A stretch of 64,000 bases of DNA, taken from positions 3,680,001 through 3,744,000 of the forward strand of contig OY761158.1 of the NCBI GenBank assembly GCA_963664405.1. Direction: 5' to 3'. The notes beneath the pieces are model-generated. The model did not search any database and was not told the origin of the DNA. It saw only the letters and a list, made by a program, of their open reading frames with translations. The stretch's first letter is position 1. The number at the start of each line of letters is the position of its first letter. Source of the DNA: Thermoanaerobaculia bacterium. GTDB lineage: Bacteria > Acidobacteriota > Thermoanaerobaculia > Multivoradales > Multivoraceae. The translations under genes and the position numbers were made by a program. Positions 48,114 to 58,467 of the stretch are shown here, piece by piece.

Positions 48114-49148
48114 TCAAGAACCCTCCTTTTCAGGGTTGTGAAGCTCGGCCTCTATAGTTGCGAGCATCTCGTTCGTGGTGGCGGAACCACCTAGATCTGG
48201 GGTCGTAGGACCCTCTCGTAGGCATTTCTCGATGGCGGCGGAAATCCGCCTTTCCTCTTCGCCACGGCCACGATGCGCGAGCAGAAGGGCCAAGGCTCTG
48301 AGGGTGGCCACCGGATTGACCAAACCGCGGCCGGCGATATCCGGGGCGCTGCCGTGCACCGGCTCGACCAATAGATGAGCATCGCCGATGTTCGCGCTTG
48401 GCAGTAATCCGAGACCGCCCACAAGAGCGCCTGCGGCGTCACTGAGGATATCGCCGTAGAGGTTGGGCGCGAGAATCACACCGTAGCGCTCGGGCTCTCG
48501 AATCATGCGATAGATCATCGAGTCGATCAATTGCTCCTCGACCTCGATATCGGGGAAGTCCTGCTCCACCTCGAGCGCGCAATCACGAAACAAGCCGTCG
48601 CTCAAGGGAAGCACGTTCGCCTTGTGGACGATCGTCAAGCGACCCGAGCGACCCTCGCTGAGGCGACTCCTGGCTTCGAGGAATGCCCGGCGCGCGATGC
48701 GCAGTGAGGCTTTTCGCGAAATGACTCTTTCGGCGATGACCTGGTCGCCTTCTACCCGCTCCCGTCCCGAGTAGAGCCCTTCTGTGTTCTCTCGGACGAT
48801 AAGAAAGTCGACGCCTTCGCGGCTCGTCGCTACAGGGCTCGAAATGGCGGGACGCAGATTGGCATAGAGATCGAGAGACTTCCGCAGTTCCAGGATCGGA
48901 CTGCTGTAGCCGGCTACTTTTCTGCTCGGCGAGCTGACCGCCCCGAAAACGATGGCGTCGCACGCGGCTGCCTCTTCCAGCGTCGACTGGGGAAGGGCCT
49001 GGCCGTACTTCTCGAAGGTCTCCCAGCCGGCCTCGAGCTCGACGGCCTCGAAATCGATGCCGACCAGGGCGAGGACACCGAGGCAGCGAGGCAAGAGCTC
49101 TTGGCCCACGCCGTCGCCGGGAATAACCGCTATGCGCATGCCGCTCAT
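48114..49148 (-). CDS. Homoisocitrate dehydrogenase
   Basis: [41 protein letters not shown]; lys cluster context. Confidence 0.88.
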   Translation of the reverse strand: MSGMRIAVIPGDGVGQELLPRCLGVLALVGIDFEAVELEAGWETFEKYGQALPQSTLEEAAACDAIVFGAVSSPSRKVAGYSSPILELRKSLDLYANLRPAISSPVATSREGVDFLIVRENTEGLYSGRERVEGDQVIAERVISRKASLRIARRAFLEARSRLSEGRSGRLTIVHKANVLPLSDGLFRDCALEVEQDFPDIEVEEQLIDSMIYRMIREPERYGVILAPNLYGDILSDAAGALVGGLGLLPSANIGDAHLLVEPVHGSAPDIAGRGLVNPVATLRALALLLAHRGRGEEERRISAAIEKCLREGPTTPDLGGSATTNEMLATIEAELHNPEKEGS

Positions 49149-49648
49149 GCCCCCAGACGCTCCTGCGCCCATGGGATGAGACCTCCCGCTTCGAGGATTT
49201 CGACCAGGCGCGAGCTCAGGGGTGGGAAAACAAAAGTGCCTGCGGGAGTGCGAACGCAGCACTCACCCAGATCGACCTCAACCAGGTCGCCGGCGTTGAT
49301 CGCGTCGACGGCTTCCGGACAGGTGATGACCGCGAGACCGTTGTTGATGGCGTTGCGGTAGAAGATGCGACTGAAGGTCTTGGCGATGACCGCGCCGACG
49401 CCGTTGTACACCAAGCAGGTTACCGCCTGCTCGCGGCTCGATCCGCATCCCCAGTTACGGCCACCGACAACGATGTCGCCGCTGCGGACATTGGCGGCGA
49501 ACTCGGGATCCAGGTCCTCGAGGGCGTGCGCCGCGATCTCTTGCGGATCCCGAAGGGTATAGGTGTATTTTCCGGGAAAAAGCACATCGGTGTTCACCCC
49601 GTCCCCGTACTTCCATGCGCGGCCCTTGGGATGGAGTCCGTGGCTCAC
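49145..49648 (-). CDS. lysU: Homoaconitase small subunit (LeuD family)
   Basis: NTD…[22 protein letters not shown]. Confidence 0.85.
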   Translation of the reverse strand: MSHGLHPKGRAWKYGDGVNTDVLFPGKYTYTLRDPQEIAAHALEDLDPEFAANVRSGDIVVGGRNWGCGSSREQAVTCLVYNGVGAVIAKTFSRIFYRNAINNGLAVITCPEAVDAINAGDLVEVDLGECCVRTPAGTFVFPPLSSRLVEILEAGGLIPWAQERLGA

Positions 49649-50967
49649 GGCTCTCTAACCTCCGCCGGAGAGGCGATGTGGCCGAGCAGCGCGCTCGCCG
49701 CCACCACCGCCGGCGAGGCGAGATAGATGTCGGCGTCGGGAGTTCCCATGCGGCCCTGGAAGTTGCGATTGGCCGAGGAGATGCAAACCTCTCCCGGCGC
49801 AAGCACACCGAGGTGGTTTCCCATGCAGGGGCCGCAGCCTGGAGTTCCGAACACCGCGCCGGCGGCCATGAGATCCTCCACCCAACCGCGCTTCAGCGCT
49901 TGGCCGAGCACCTCGCTCGAGGCTGGAATGATGAGCAGCCGGGTCCCGGTTGCGACATGGCGACCCTTGAGGAGACGGTGGGCCACTTCTAGATCCTCCA
50001 GCCGGCCGTTGGTACAGGTACCGATGAATGCCTGGTCCACACTGATGTCTTCGAGCGCGTCGACTCCTACCGTGTTGTCCACTCGGTGGGGACACGCTAC
50101 CTGGGGGTGGATCGCGGCGACGTCGAAGCGGTGGGTCTCTGCGTATTCGGCTCCGGCGTCGGGATAGAGGGCCCCTTCCGCCAGGCCCGCTTCGGTCTCC
50201 GCGACTTCGGTCCCATCTCTCGCCCCGCGGCGCTCGACTCGACGCTCGGCAAGGTAGCGGAATACCTGCTCGTCGGGCGTGAGATAGCTGGTCTTGGCTC
50301 CCATCTCGGCCATCATGTTGGCCAGCGTCATGCGGCTCTCGAGGCTGAGCGCCTCAACGCTGGTACCGTGGATCTCGATGCATCGGTAGAGACCTCCGTC
50401 TTCACCGAGAGCGCCGATCAGGTGCAGCGCGATGTCTTTCGCCGTGACCCACGACTGCAATTCGCCGTCGAGCTCGATGCGAAGCGACTCGGGCGTCTTG
50501 AGCCACAGCTCGCCGGTGGCCCATATGACGGCCATCTCGCTCCTGCCGATACCGCTGCCAAAGCCGCCCATCCAGCCGAAATGGGGCGTGTGGCTGTCAG
50601 CACCCAGAATCAACTGTCCGGGCGCGAGCAGGGCCTCCTCGCTCAGCACCTGATGACAGATGCCGCGCCCGACGTCGAAGAAGTTGGTGATCTCCTGTTC
50701 GGCGACAAAGCGCCGGATCTCGGCATGATTCTGAGCGTGTAGCGGGGTGGGTGCCGGAACCGCGTGATCCAAGGTAATCGCGAGCCGTTCGGGGAAACGC
50801 ACACGGTCGCGTCCGAAGCGAAGCCAGATCTGGCGGATAGCCGCGCTGTTATCGTGACTCAGCGCGAGATCCGGGCTAGCGTCGACGATCTCGCCGATCT
50901 CCACAGAACGCCTTCCGGAAGCCCTCGCGAGGGCCTTCTGAGCGAAGGTCTGGGCGCTCGGGCTCAT
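49645..50967 (-). CDS. lysT: Homoaconitase large subunit (LeuC family)
   Basis: [38 protein letters not shown]. Confidence 0.87.
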   Translation of the reverse strand: MSPSAQTFAQKALARASGRRSVEIGEIVDASPDLALSHDNSAAIRQIWLRFGRDRVRFPERLAITLDHAVPAPTPLHAQNHAEIRRFVAEQEITNFFDVGRGICHQVLSEEALLAPGQLILGADSHTPHFGWMGGFGSGIGRSEMAVIWATGELWLKTPESLRIELDGELQSWVTAKDIALHLIGALGEDGGLYRCIEIHGTSVEALSLESRMTLANMMAEMGAKTSYLTPDEQVFRYLAERRVERRGARDGTEVAETEAGLAEGALYPDAGAEYAETHRFDVAAIHPQVACPHRVDNTVGVDALEDISVDQAFIGTCTNGRLEDLEVAHRLLKGRHVATGTRLLIIPASSEVLGQALKRGWVEDLMAAGAVFGTPGCGPCMGNHLGVLAPGEVCISSANRNFQGRMGTPDADIYLASPAVVAASALLGHIASPAEVREP

Positions 50968-52121
50968 ACGAGCTCTTCTGCCAAGGGCGGTTTGGGAAGA
51001 ACTTCGTTGCGGAGCAGATGGTCGACGTCGTCCAAGGTCAGCTCTCTCTCGTCGGCGAGCGATTTGATGCGAGTGGTGAGCTCCTTGATCAGGTCGTCGC
51101 TCAGCTCCAGCTGCAGCTGCTCCGCGCGATCCTTGATGGCGTTCCAACCGGTGAGTCGATGAGCTACGTGGATGTAGCGGCCCAGACCGAAGTCTGCCGG
51201 ATCGAGGATCTCGTAAGTCGAGGGGTTGTTGAGCATCGCCTTGGCGTGGATGCCGGCCTTGTGGGTGAAGGCGGCGTAGCCGGTGATGTAGTTGTTGAAG
51301 GGCACGTCGATCTTGACGCGCGCCGCTACATAGTTCTCGATCTCCCGCAGAAGCGGCAGGTTGTAGCGCTCGCGGATGCCGTCGGGGTCGACGGCGTACA
51401 TGCGCGCGACGAAGCCGCCGAGAGGTGTGATCCCGTTGCGCTCGCCGATGCCGAGGACGGAAGTGTCGACGTGAGTGGCCCCGGCTTCGAGAGCGCAGAA
51501 AGCATTGGCGATGGCGCAACCGGTGTCATTGTGGCCGTGAAACTCGATGTCGCAGTGTACGACTCTGCGCAGAGTGCGAACGGTGTCAAAGACCTGCCGA
51601 GGGTCTGCGACTCCCACTGTATCGGCGATTCCGACTCGATCAACGCCAATCTGGTCGACTGCTCGGTACACGCTGAGCAGATCGACGAGATCGCTGCGGA
51701 ATGAATCTTCACTCGAGAAGCGAACTTCCAGGCCTTGCTTCTTGATGTAATCAACCACCTCGATCGCCGACGCGATGATCTCTGGGATCTCTTTCCCATG
51801 GGAGAACTGTCGCAGCAGGGAGGAGGTGCCGAAGAGCACGTCGATGCCGTCGACTCCGGTTTCTACAGCGATCTTCGCGTCTGACATCGCACAGCGGGTG
51901 TGGGTGAGAATCTTCGCATCGAGGCCCAGAGCCGCGATGGTCTCGCAATCGCGCCGGCTTCCCGGGCTCGCCGCCGGCGAGGTCACCTCCAGATACTCCA
52001 CGCCGAAGCCGTCGAGCATCTTCGCGATCTCGACCTTCTGTTCGGCGTCGAAGAACGCATTGGCGAATTGCTCCCCCTCGCGGAGGGTGGATTCAATGAT
52101 CGAGAAGTTGTCGAGTCCCAT
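50964..52121 (-). CDS. hcs: Homocitrate synthase
   Basis: [36 protein letters not shown]. Confidence 0.93.
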   Translation of the reverse strand: MGLDNFSIIESTLREGEQFANAFFDAEQKVEIAKMLDGFGVEYLEVTSPAASPGSRRDCETIAALGLDAKILTHTRCAMSDAKIAVETGVDGIDVLFGTSSLLRQFSHGKEIPEIIASAIEVVDYIKKQGLEVRFSSEDSFRSDLVDLLSVYRAVDQIGVDRVGIADTVGVADPRQVFDTVRTLRRVVHCDIEFHGHNDTGCAIANAFCALEAGATHVDTSVLGIGERNGITPLGGFVARMYAVDPDGIRERYNLPLLREIENYVAARVKIDVPFNNYITGYAAFTHKAGIHAKAMLNNPSTYEILDPADFGLGRYIHVAHRLTGWNAIKDRAEQLQLELSDDLIKELTTRIKSLADERELTLDDVDHLLRNEVLPKPPLAEELV

Positions 52122-52133
52122 TTTTCTTTCTCC

Positions 52134-52172
52134 AAAGAAAAAGACCGGCTCACCCTAGGGATGGCCGGTCTT
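52134..52172 (-). terminator. Intrinsic terminator/attenuator immediately upstream of hcs
   Basis: Minus strand AAGACCGGC…GCCGGTCTT followed by TTTCTTT, ending ~12 nt before the hcs ATG. Confidence 0.7.
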
Positions 52173-52297
52173 CCTTGCTAGCGTAGTGCGCGGAGGTTCA
52201 GGTCATCCAGATGTGCCGGGAGTCCGGCTTGAGTCCCCGCTTCCTGCCCTCGCCGGGGATTTGAGAGTGGTGGTACAGGCTCCGCATTGGCGGAGAC

Positions 52298-52326
52298 ATG
52301 CTATGGAGGGGGGTTGGGGATGTCAA
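52298..52326 (-). promoter_or_regulatory. Sigma70 promoter of the lys operon
   Basis: Minus strand TTGACA-N17-TAGCAT. Confidence 0.7.
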
Positions 52327-52378
52327 GGGAGTGGCCCCTGATACGATTGCGTCCCTTTTCGAAGAGAGGGGGACATAA

Positions 52379-53944
52379 ATGTCAGAAACAGAGGCTTCTG
52401 CCACAGACACGTCGCCAAGGGGAGCCACGGGTCGGCAGGTGCAGGAGCTTCAGCTCCTCTATCGGATCAGCGGTGTTCTCGATCGACATCCCGAGATCGC
52501 TCAGGTGATTCAGCCGGTGCTGGCGTCTCTGGCCGAGCACATGGATCTGCGCCATGGGACTGTGACGCTCCTCAATCGCGACACCGGTGACATATCGATC
52601 GATCTTGCACACGGTATGTCCGAGCAGCAGGTCGAGGCGGGCCGATACAAGCTTGGAGAGGGTGTGACCGGCAAGGTGGTCGAAAGCGGCGAGCCGGCGG
52701 TCATTCCGCGTACCAGCGAGTCTCCTATCTTTCTCGATCGCACGCAGCGGGGTAAGGCATCCGACATCTCCTTCATCTGCGTTCCGGTCAAGAGCGGTAA
52801 GGAGATCTTCGGGGCGCTTAGCGTCGACCGGAACTACAGTCCCGAAGCGGATCTCGAAGACGACCTTCGACTACTCACCATCGTAGCCTCGATGATCGCT
52901 CAATCGGTCAAGGTGCGGCGCTCCGCGGAGGAGGAGCGCGACCGTTTGGCGGCGGAGAACGAGTTGCTCAAGGCGGAGCTCCGAGACCGTTTTAAGCCCG
53001 GCAACATCATCGGACGCTCGCATGAGATGCAACATGTCTTCGACGAGATCTACACACTCTCCAAGAGTAATACCAGCGCTCTGATCTTGGGAGAGACGGG
53101 TACGGGCAAGGAGCTTGTCGCCCAGGCCATTCACTACAACAGCGTGCGGGCGCGAGGTCCTTTCATCAAGGTGCATTGCGCAGCCCTGCCCGAGTCGGTT
53201 ATCGAAAGTGAGCTCTTTGGCCATGTGCGCGGCGCTTTCACCGGTGCTATTGCCGACCGCAAGGGGCGTTTCGAGCTCGCCCATGGAGGAACGATCTTTC
53301 TCGACGAAGTCGGCGACATTTCGCCGGGGATCCAGATCAAATTGTTGCGGGTTCTGCAGGAGAGAGAGTTCGAGCGGGTCGGTGGAATGCGCACCATACG
53401 GGTCGACGTCAGGCTCATCGCCGCCACCAACCGAGACCTCAGCGAGCTTGTGGAAAAGGGCGGTTTCCGCCGTGATCTCTTCTATCGCCTGCACGTCTTC
53501 CCTATCTACGTGCCGCCGCTGCGAAAAAGGAAGACCGACATTCCCCTGCTCGCGGATCACTTCCTCGAGAAGTTCGCGGAGGAGAGTGGAAAACCGGTGC
53601 GACGATTGTCTAGCTCGGTTATCGACATGCTCCTCACCTACCATTGGCCCGGAAACGTGCGCGAGCTCGAGAGCTGCATCGAGCGCGCGGTCCTGGTCGC
53701 GCGCGGGGATGTGATTCACCCCCATCACATGCCGCCCACCCTACAGACCGCCGAGAGCTCCGGAACCTCGACCCACGGCAGTCTCGAGGCGATTGTCCAG
53801 ACCTATGAGCGCGACATCCTGCAGGACGCGCTGAAGTCCACCCGCGGAAACCTCGCCGGCGCGGCTCGACTTCTTTCTACGACTCCACGCATCATCGGCT
53901 ACAAAGTGAAGCAGCTAGGCATCAATGCCAAGCGCTACTCTTAG
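52379..53944 (+). CDS. GAF-domain sigma54-dependent activator (NifA-like)
   Basis: GEGVTG GAF, GETGTGKE, ESELFGH..GAFTGA, WPGNVRELE, C-terminal HTH. Confidence 0.92.
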   Translation: MSETEASATDTSPRGATGRQVQELQLLYRISGVLDRHPEIAQVIQPVLASLAEHMDLRHGTVTLLNRDTGDISIDLAHGMSEQQVEAGRYKLGEGVTGKVVESGEPAVIPRTSESPIFLDRTQRGKASDISFICVPVKSGKEIFGALSVDRNYSPEADLEDDLRLLTIVASMIAQSVKVRRSAEEERDRLAAENELLKAELRDRFKPGNIIGRSHEMQHVFDEIYTLSKSNTSALILGETGTGKELVAQAIHYNSVRARGPFIKVHCAALPESVIESELFGHVRGAFTGAIADRKGRFELAHGGTIFLDEVGDISPGIQIKLLRVLQEREFERVGGMRTIRVDVRLIAATNRDLSELVEKGGFRRDLFYRLHVFPIYVPPLRKRKTDIPLLADHFLEKFAEESGKPVRRLSSSVIDMLLTYHWPGNVRELESCIERAVLVARGDVIHPHHMPPTLQTAESSGTSTHGSLEAIVQTYERDILQDALKSTRGNLAGAARLLSTTPRIIGYKVKQLGINAKRYS

Positions 53945-56900
53945 CCGACGTCCAGGGCCCTCCACCTGGCCTCGAGCTCGCCGCTCCTCGAACCGCCTAG
54001 TGCGGCTTTGGCTGCCGGCTGACGACGCTCGAGTCGCTTGCGTGCCTCCCAGGCCTCTTTGTCGCTGAGCGGCTCGAGGAAGCGTAGGTCGCCCGCGATC
54101 GACAGCACCACGGGCCTACCGTTTCTGAAGAGCACTCGATTGGCCGATACCGAGTGAAGCCTGGCTCCAGGGGTCAGTATGCCGACCAGATTGAGCGGAT
54201 CCGCCGCACTGACCGCGGTCCATTGGTCGCGGTCGGGCTCTTGCCTGTGCTTGCGCAGTGCCGATACCGCCTCGGGAAGGGCGAACTGCTCGCCACTGAA
54301 GCCAACGATAAATCGGCCTCCGCGCACCTCGCCTCGAGCCTCGAGGCGGCGGAAGGCTCGCAGTAGATCTCTCCATGGCGGTAGCGCGCCCTCGCGGTCG
54401 AGGAGACGGCGGAAGACCACCCCCCAGCGTCGCAGCAGGATTCGTGCGACCTCTTCGAAGAGCTCGTCTTGTGCAGTGAAGCCTTCGAGGCTGTCCTCCT
54501 CGCCGGTCTCCTCTGCGATGGCGACCCATCGGCCGGCGTCTTCGAGACCGAAGTCTGCGCTGCGGCGCCGGCCGGTGCCGGAGAACGGCTTCCGGCGGGC
54601 AGACGGGACCAACAGAGCCCGCAGACCAAGGAAGGTGTCAGAGCTGACCAGACCTCGGGCCGCGAGCTCGGCCAGACACCCCTCCAGCTGAGTTTGAAGA
54701 AGGCCGGTGCCTTTGCAAAGGTCGTCGAAGAAGGAGGCTCCTTGTTGGCGAAGGAGACTAAGCACCTGTTGCGCTCCAAGGCTGAGAGACCGGCCTGACT
54801 CTCCACGGCCCCCCCGATGCGACTCCAGAGCTCTCGGTTGCCGCGACGAAGGAGAGCGATGGGAGTGGATCGAACCGGCCCAGGCTTGGCTGAAGCGGTG
54901 TCTCTGAGCGGGGGTGGAGAGCGCCTCTGCCAGACCGTCTTTCCGCCGAGGCAGAGTCCGTCGAGCCAGGCTGCCTCGTAGTCCTCGACGCGGTCGGGGA
55001 GGACGTCCACCTCCCAACCGCCGGCGGGTACTTCGAAGCCTTCGAGCTGGTAGACAACCTCTTCGAGCCCTTTGGGACCCGCCTTGTGCTCACCCTCCTC
55101 GAGGTGGTGCCAGCCGAGTAGGAAGCGTAGGAAGGCTTCAGCGCTCACCGGCTCGATCTCGGCTCGCAGCCGCTTGAGAGTGCGGCGGTGAATGCGCGCC
55201 AGGAGGCGTCTTTCGCACCACTCGGTTTCTTTTGTGTCGTGGCTGAAGTGCCCTCGCAGCACGAAGCCTTCTGCTTCGAGGGCCGCGAGCGCCGTTTCGA
55301 CTTCTCGCATGTCGAGGTCGAGGGGTGCCGCAAGCGCGCGGGGCGTGACAGGGCCGAGGATCTCGAGTCTGCCGCGGAGAACTTCTGGAAGGGCATCTTC
55401 GGGCGCATGAATCTGCCGCAGCGCCGCGGGAAGATCGAGGGGAGGCGTGGGTGCCCAGTCAGGTCTGATGGCCGCGAGCTCGCTCGCTCGCTCGGCCGCC
55501 ACCCAGACTGAGCGAGTGCCATCCGTGAGCTGGGTGACTCGACCCTGCTCTGAGAGCTCCTGAAGATGGATCTTCCAGCCGGCTTCTACATCGGAGGAAG
55601 TCTCCTCCTGACTGAGGAAGCCGGCGAGGACGAGGGCGTCGTGAAGCTCGTCGGCCGACTCGGCTTGGGGCCAAGCCTCCTCCCGAACGGCGGCGATAGC
55701 CGCTTCGTCGAGAGCTCCGAGGTCGGAAGCACTCTCGGGGTCGAGCCAGCGTCGGCTGAGGACCGCCTGCGTGCGTCTTTCCTCGAGGGGAGCGTCGTCG
55801 AGGAAGGCGTAGGGGCGTGCGTTTAGGATCTCCTGCGCGAGAGGGGAGGGCTCCGTGAGATCGCGGGTGACGATCTGGATCTGGCCGCTCCGGAGGCGGG
55901 TGAGGAGCTCTTCGAGCCGGTCGATGTCCATCGCTTCGTCGAGGCAGTCGCGCAAGGTCTGGTTTACGAGTGGGTGATCGGGGATCTCCCGCTCTCCGGC
56001 GATGTTCTCGAAGCAGGCCAGCTGATCGGGAAAGACCACCGAAATCAGGTCCTCTGCGTTCATCCGCTGGAGCTGGGGCGGCACGCGCTTGCCGCCGCGA
56101 AAGCGCAGTACCGCGAGCGCTCTGCCGGCGTTCCAGCGCCAGCGCACGTTGAACATCGGAGCATCGAGGAGCGCCTGGGTGAGAACGTGACGAACAGTGT
56201 CTGGATGCAGGTAAGTAAAGACTTCCTCGAGCGGAAAGCTGTGGGTTACGCCGAGCGACAGAATGATTGCGTCTTCCGTCGCGGCTGCTTGCAATTCGAA
56301 GTTGAACTTGCGACAAAAGCGCTTGCGTAGCGCGAGGCCCCAGGCTCGGTTGAGACGGCTGCCAAAAGGTGAGTGGAGTACCAGCTGCATGCCTCCGCTC
56401 TCGTCGAAGAAGCGCTCTAGCACCAGGGTCTGCTGGGTAGGCATCGCTCCCAGTGCCTTGCGGCCCGCTACCAGATACTCGCTCAGCTGGCGCGCTGCCG
56501 CCTTGGAAACGCCAGGTGTGTCGAGCAGCGCCTTCGCCACGTCTTCGGGGCCCTCGGTTGCCGAGTGCCGAGAGATCTCATCACGCAGCTCTGACACCGC
56601 CTTGGAGAGCTCGGCGCTGCGAGAAGGGGCCTCGCCGAACCAGAAGGGGATGGTTGGAGGTTGCCCTCGTGCGTCTGCGACTCGCACCTTACCCGGCTCT
56701 ATGCGCAGGATGCGCCAAGAGGCGTTGCCCAACTGGAAGATGTTCCCCGGCAGACTCTCGACAGCGAAATCCTCGTTGACGCTGCCCACCCGAGTGTCTC
56801 CCGTCTCGAGCACGACGTCGTAGTCCGCGGTATCGGGGATGGCGCCACCGTTGGTGAGGGCGGCTAGCCGCGCCCCCCGTCTTCCGCGCAAGCGTCCGTT

Positions 56901-58346
56901 GACCCGATCGTGGTGAAGGTAGGCCCCACGCCTGCCATTACGCGAAGTGAAGCCATCGCGCAGCATCGCGATTACGTCGGAGAACTCTTCCCAGCTGAGG
57001 TCCCGGAAGGGGTAGGCGCGGCAGATCAGCTCGAAGAGCTCGCGTTCTTCGTACTCGGAGCTGGCCACTGCTGCGACGATCTGTTGGGCGAGGATGTCCA
57101 GAGGCTTCTCGGGTATGACCAGGCGGTCGAGCTCGCCCTCCGCGATGCAACGCAGCAGGGCCACACTCTCGGCAAGCTCGTCGCGGCTCAAGGGGAAAAG
57201 GCGCCCTTTGGAAACGCCGTCGATGGTGTGCCCCGACCGGCCAACACGTTGAAGCAGGGTGGCGATAGTACGGGTGCTGCCGATCTGGCAGACCAGGTCG
57301 ACGTTGCCGATGTCGATGCCGAGCTCGAGCGAGGCGGTGGCGACCAGCGCGCGGAGCTCGCCCGCCTTGAGCCGGCGCTCGGATTCCAATCGTTGGTCGC
57401 GCGACAGACTGCCGTGGTGGGAGGTGACATTGCGCTTCCCCAGGCGATCACTCAGGTTCTTGGCGATGCGCTCCGCAAGGCGCCGCGTATTGACAAAGAC
57501 GATGGTGGTCGAGTGACCTGCAACGAGGTCGGCAAGACGGTCATAGATCTCTTCCCACACCTCGTTGGACATCACGGCTTCGAGCGGAGAGGAGGGGAGC
57601 TCGAGGGCGAGGTCGAGGCTCCGGCGGTGGCCCAGGTCGACAACTTCACGGTCGCCGTCGCGGAAGAGAAAGTCTGCGACAGCGGCAATCGGCTTCTGTG
57701 TCGCCGAGAGCCCGATGCGCAGTACCGGTCGCTCGACGAGATCGTCGAGGCGCTCGAGGGTCAAGGCGAGGTGGGAGCCCCTCTTGTCTCCGACCATCGC
57801 ATGGATCTCGTCGACGATGACGGTGTCGGTGTGGGCGAGCATTCTTCGCCCGCCTTCCGAGGTGAGGAGTATGTAGAGAGACTCGGGGGTGGTTACCAGG
57901 ATGTGGGGTGGGCGCTTGAGCATGGCGGTGCGCTCTCGCGCCGGCGTATCACCGGTGCGCACCGAGGTTCGGATCTCCAGATCGGGCTCACCGGCTTGTG
58001 CCAGTCGTTCTCGTATGCCCTCGAGTGGACGATGCAGATTGAGCTCGATGTCGTTGGAGAGCGCTTTGAGTGGCGAGACGTAGACCACGCGGGTGTGATC
58101 GGGAAGTCCGCCGTTGGCGAGGCCCTCTCGGGTGAGGTCGTCGAGAACGGCGAGGAAGGCCGCGAGAGTCTTGCCGGATCCGGTGGGAGCGGCGATAAGG
58201 GTTTGTTTCCTCGCCTTGATCGCCGGCCACGCCCTCGCCTGCGGAGGCGTCGGATCGCCGAGGGCCGAGCGCAGCCAGCCGGCGACGGCAGGGTGAAAGA
58301 GCGCCTCCGGGGGAAGAGGCGTCGCGCTTGCAGCCGACGAATCCAT
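53941..58346 (-). CDS. lhr: Lhr-family DEAD/DEAH helicase, frameshifted near 54810
   Basis: [41 protein letters not shown]; the C-terminus ([24 protein letters not shown]) is in the 53941-55017 frame. Confidence 0.85.
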
Positions 58347-58409
58347 GAAACCCTAGTGTAGTAGTCCCTGTTTCTGCGTCAACAGTGGGCGAGGCGCTTT
58401 GGACGCAAG

Positions 58410-58440
58410 AAAAAAGAGCCCCGGCCGAAGGCCGGGGCTC
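58410..58440 (-). terminator. Rho-independent terminator of the TonB receptor gene
   Basis: Minus strand GAGCCCCGGCC-TTC-GGCCGGGGCTC followed by T6. Confidence 0.85.
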
Positions 58441-58467
58441 TGGAAGATCGATAAAACGAGGGCTCGC

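Noticed and set aside
52140-52300. Canonical lysine riboswitch
   Set aside because: I could not find the conserved AGAGG start or other core motifs by eye; kept only as a generic attenuator
52330-52352. Sigma54 promoter TGGC…TTGC
   Set aside because: Spacing does not give GG-N10-GC
58353-58390. CTAGTGTAGTAGTCCC… as another CTAG element end
   Set aside because: No matching inverted partner or core found nearby
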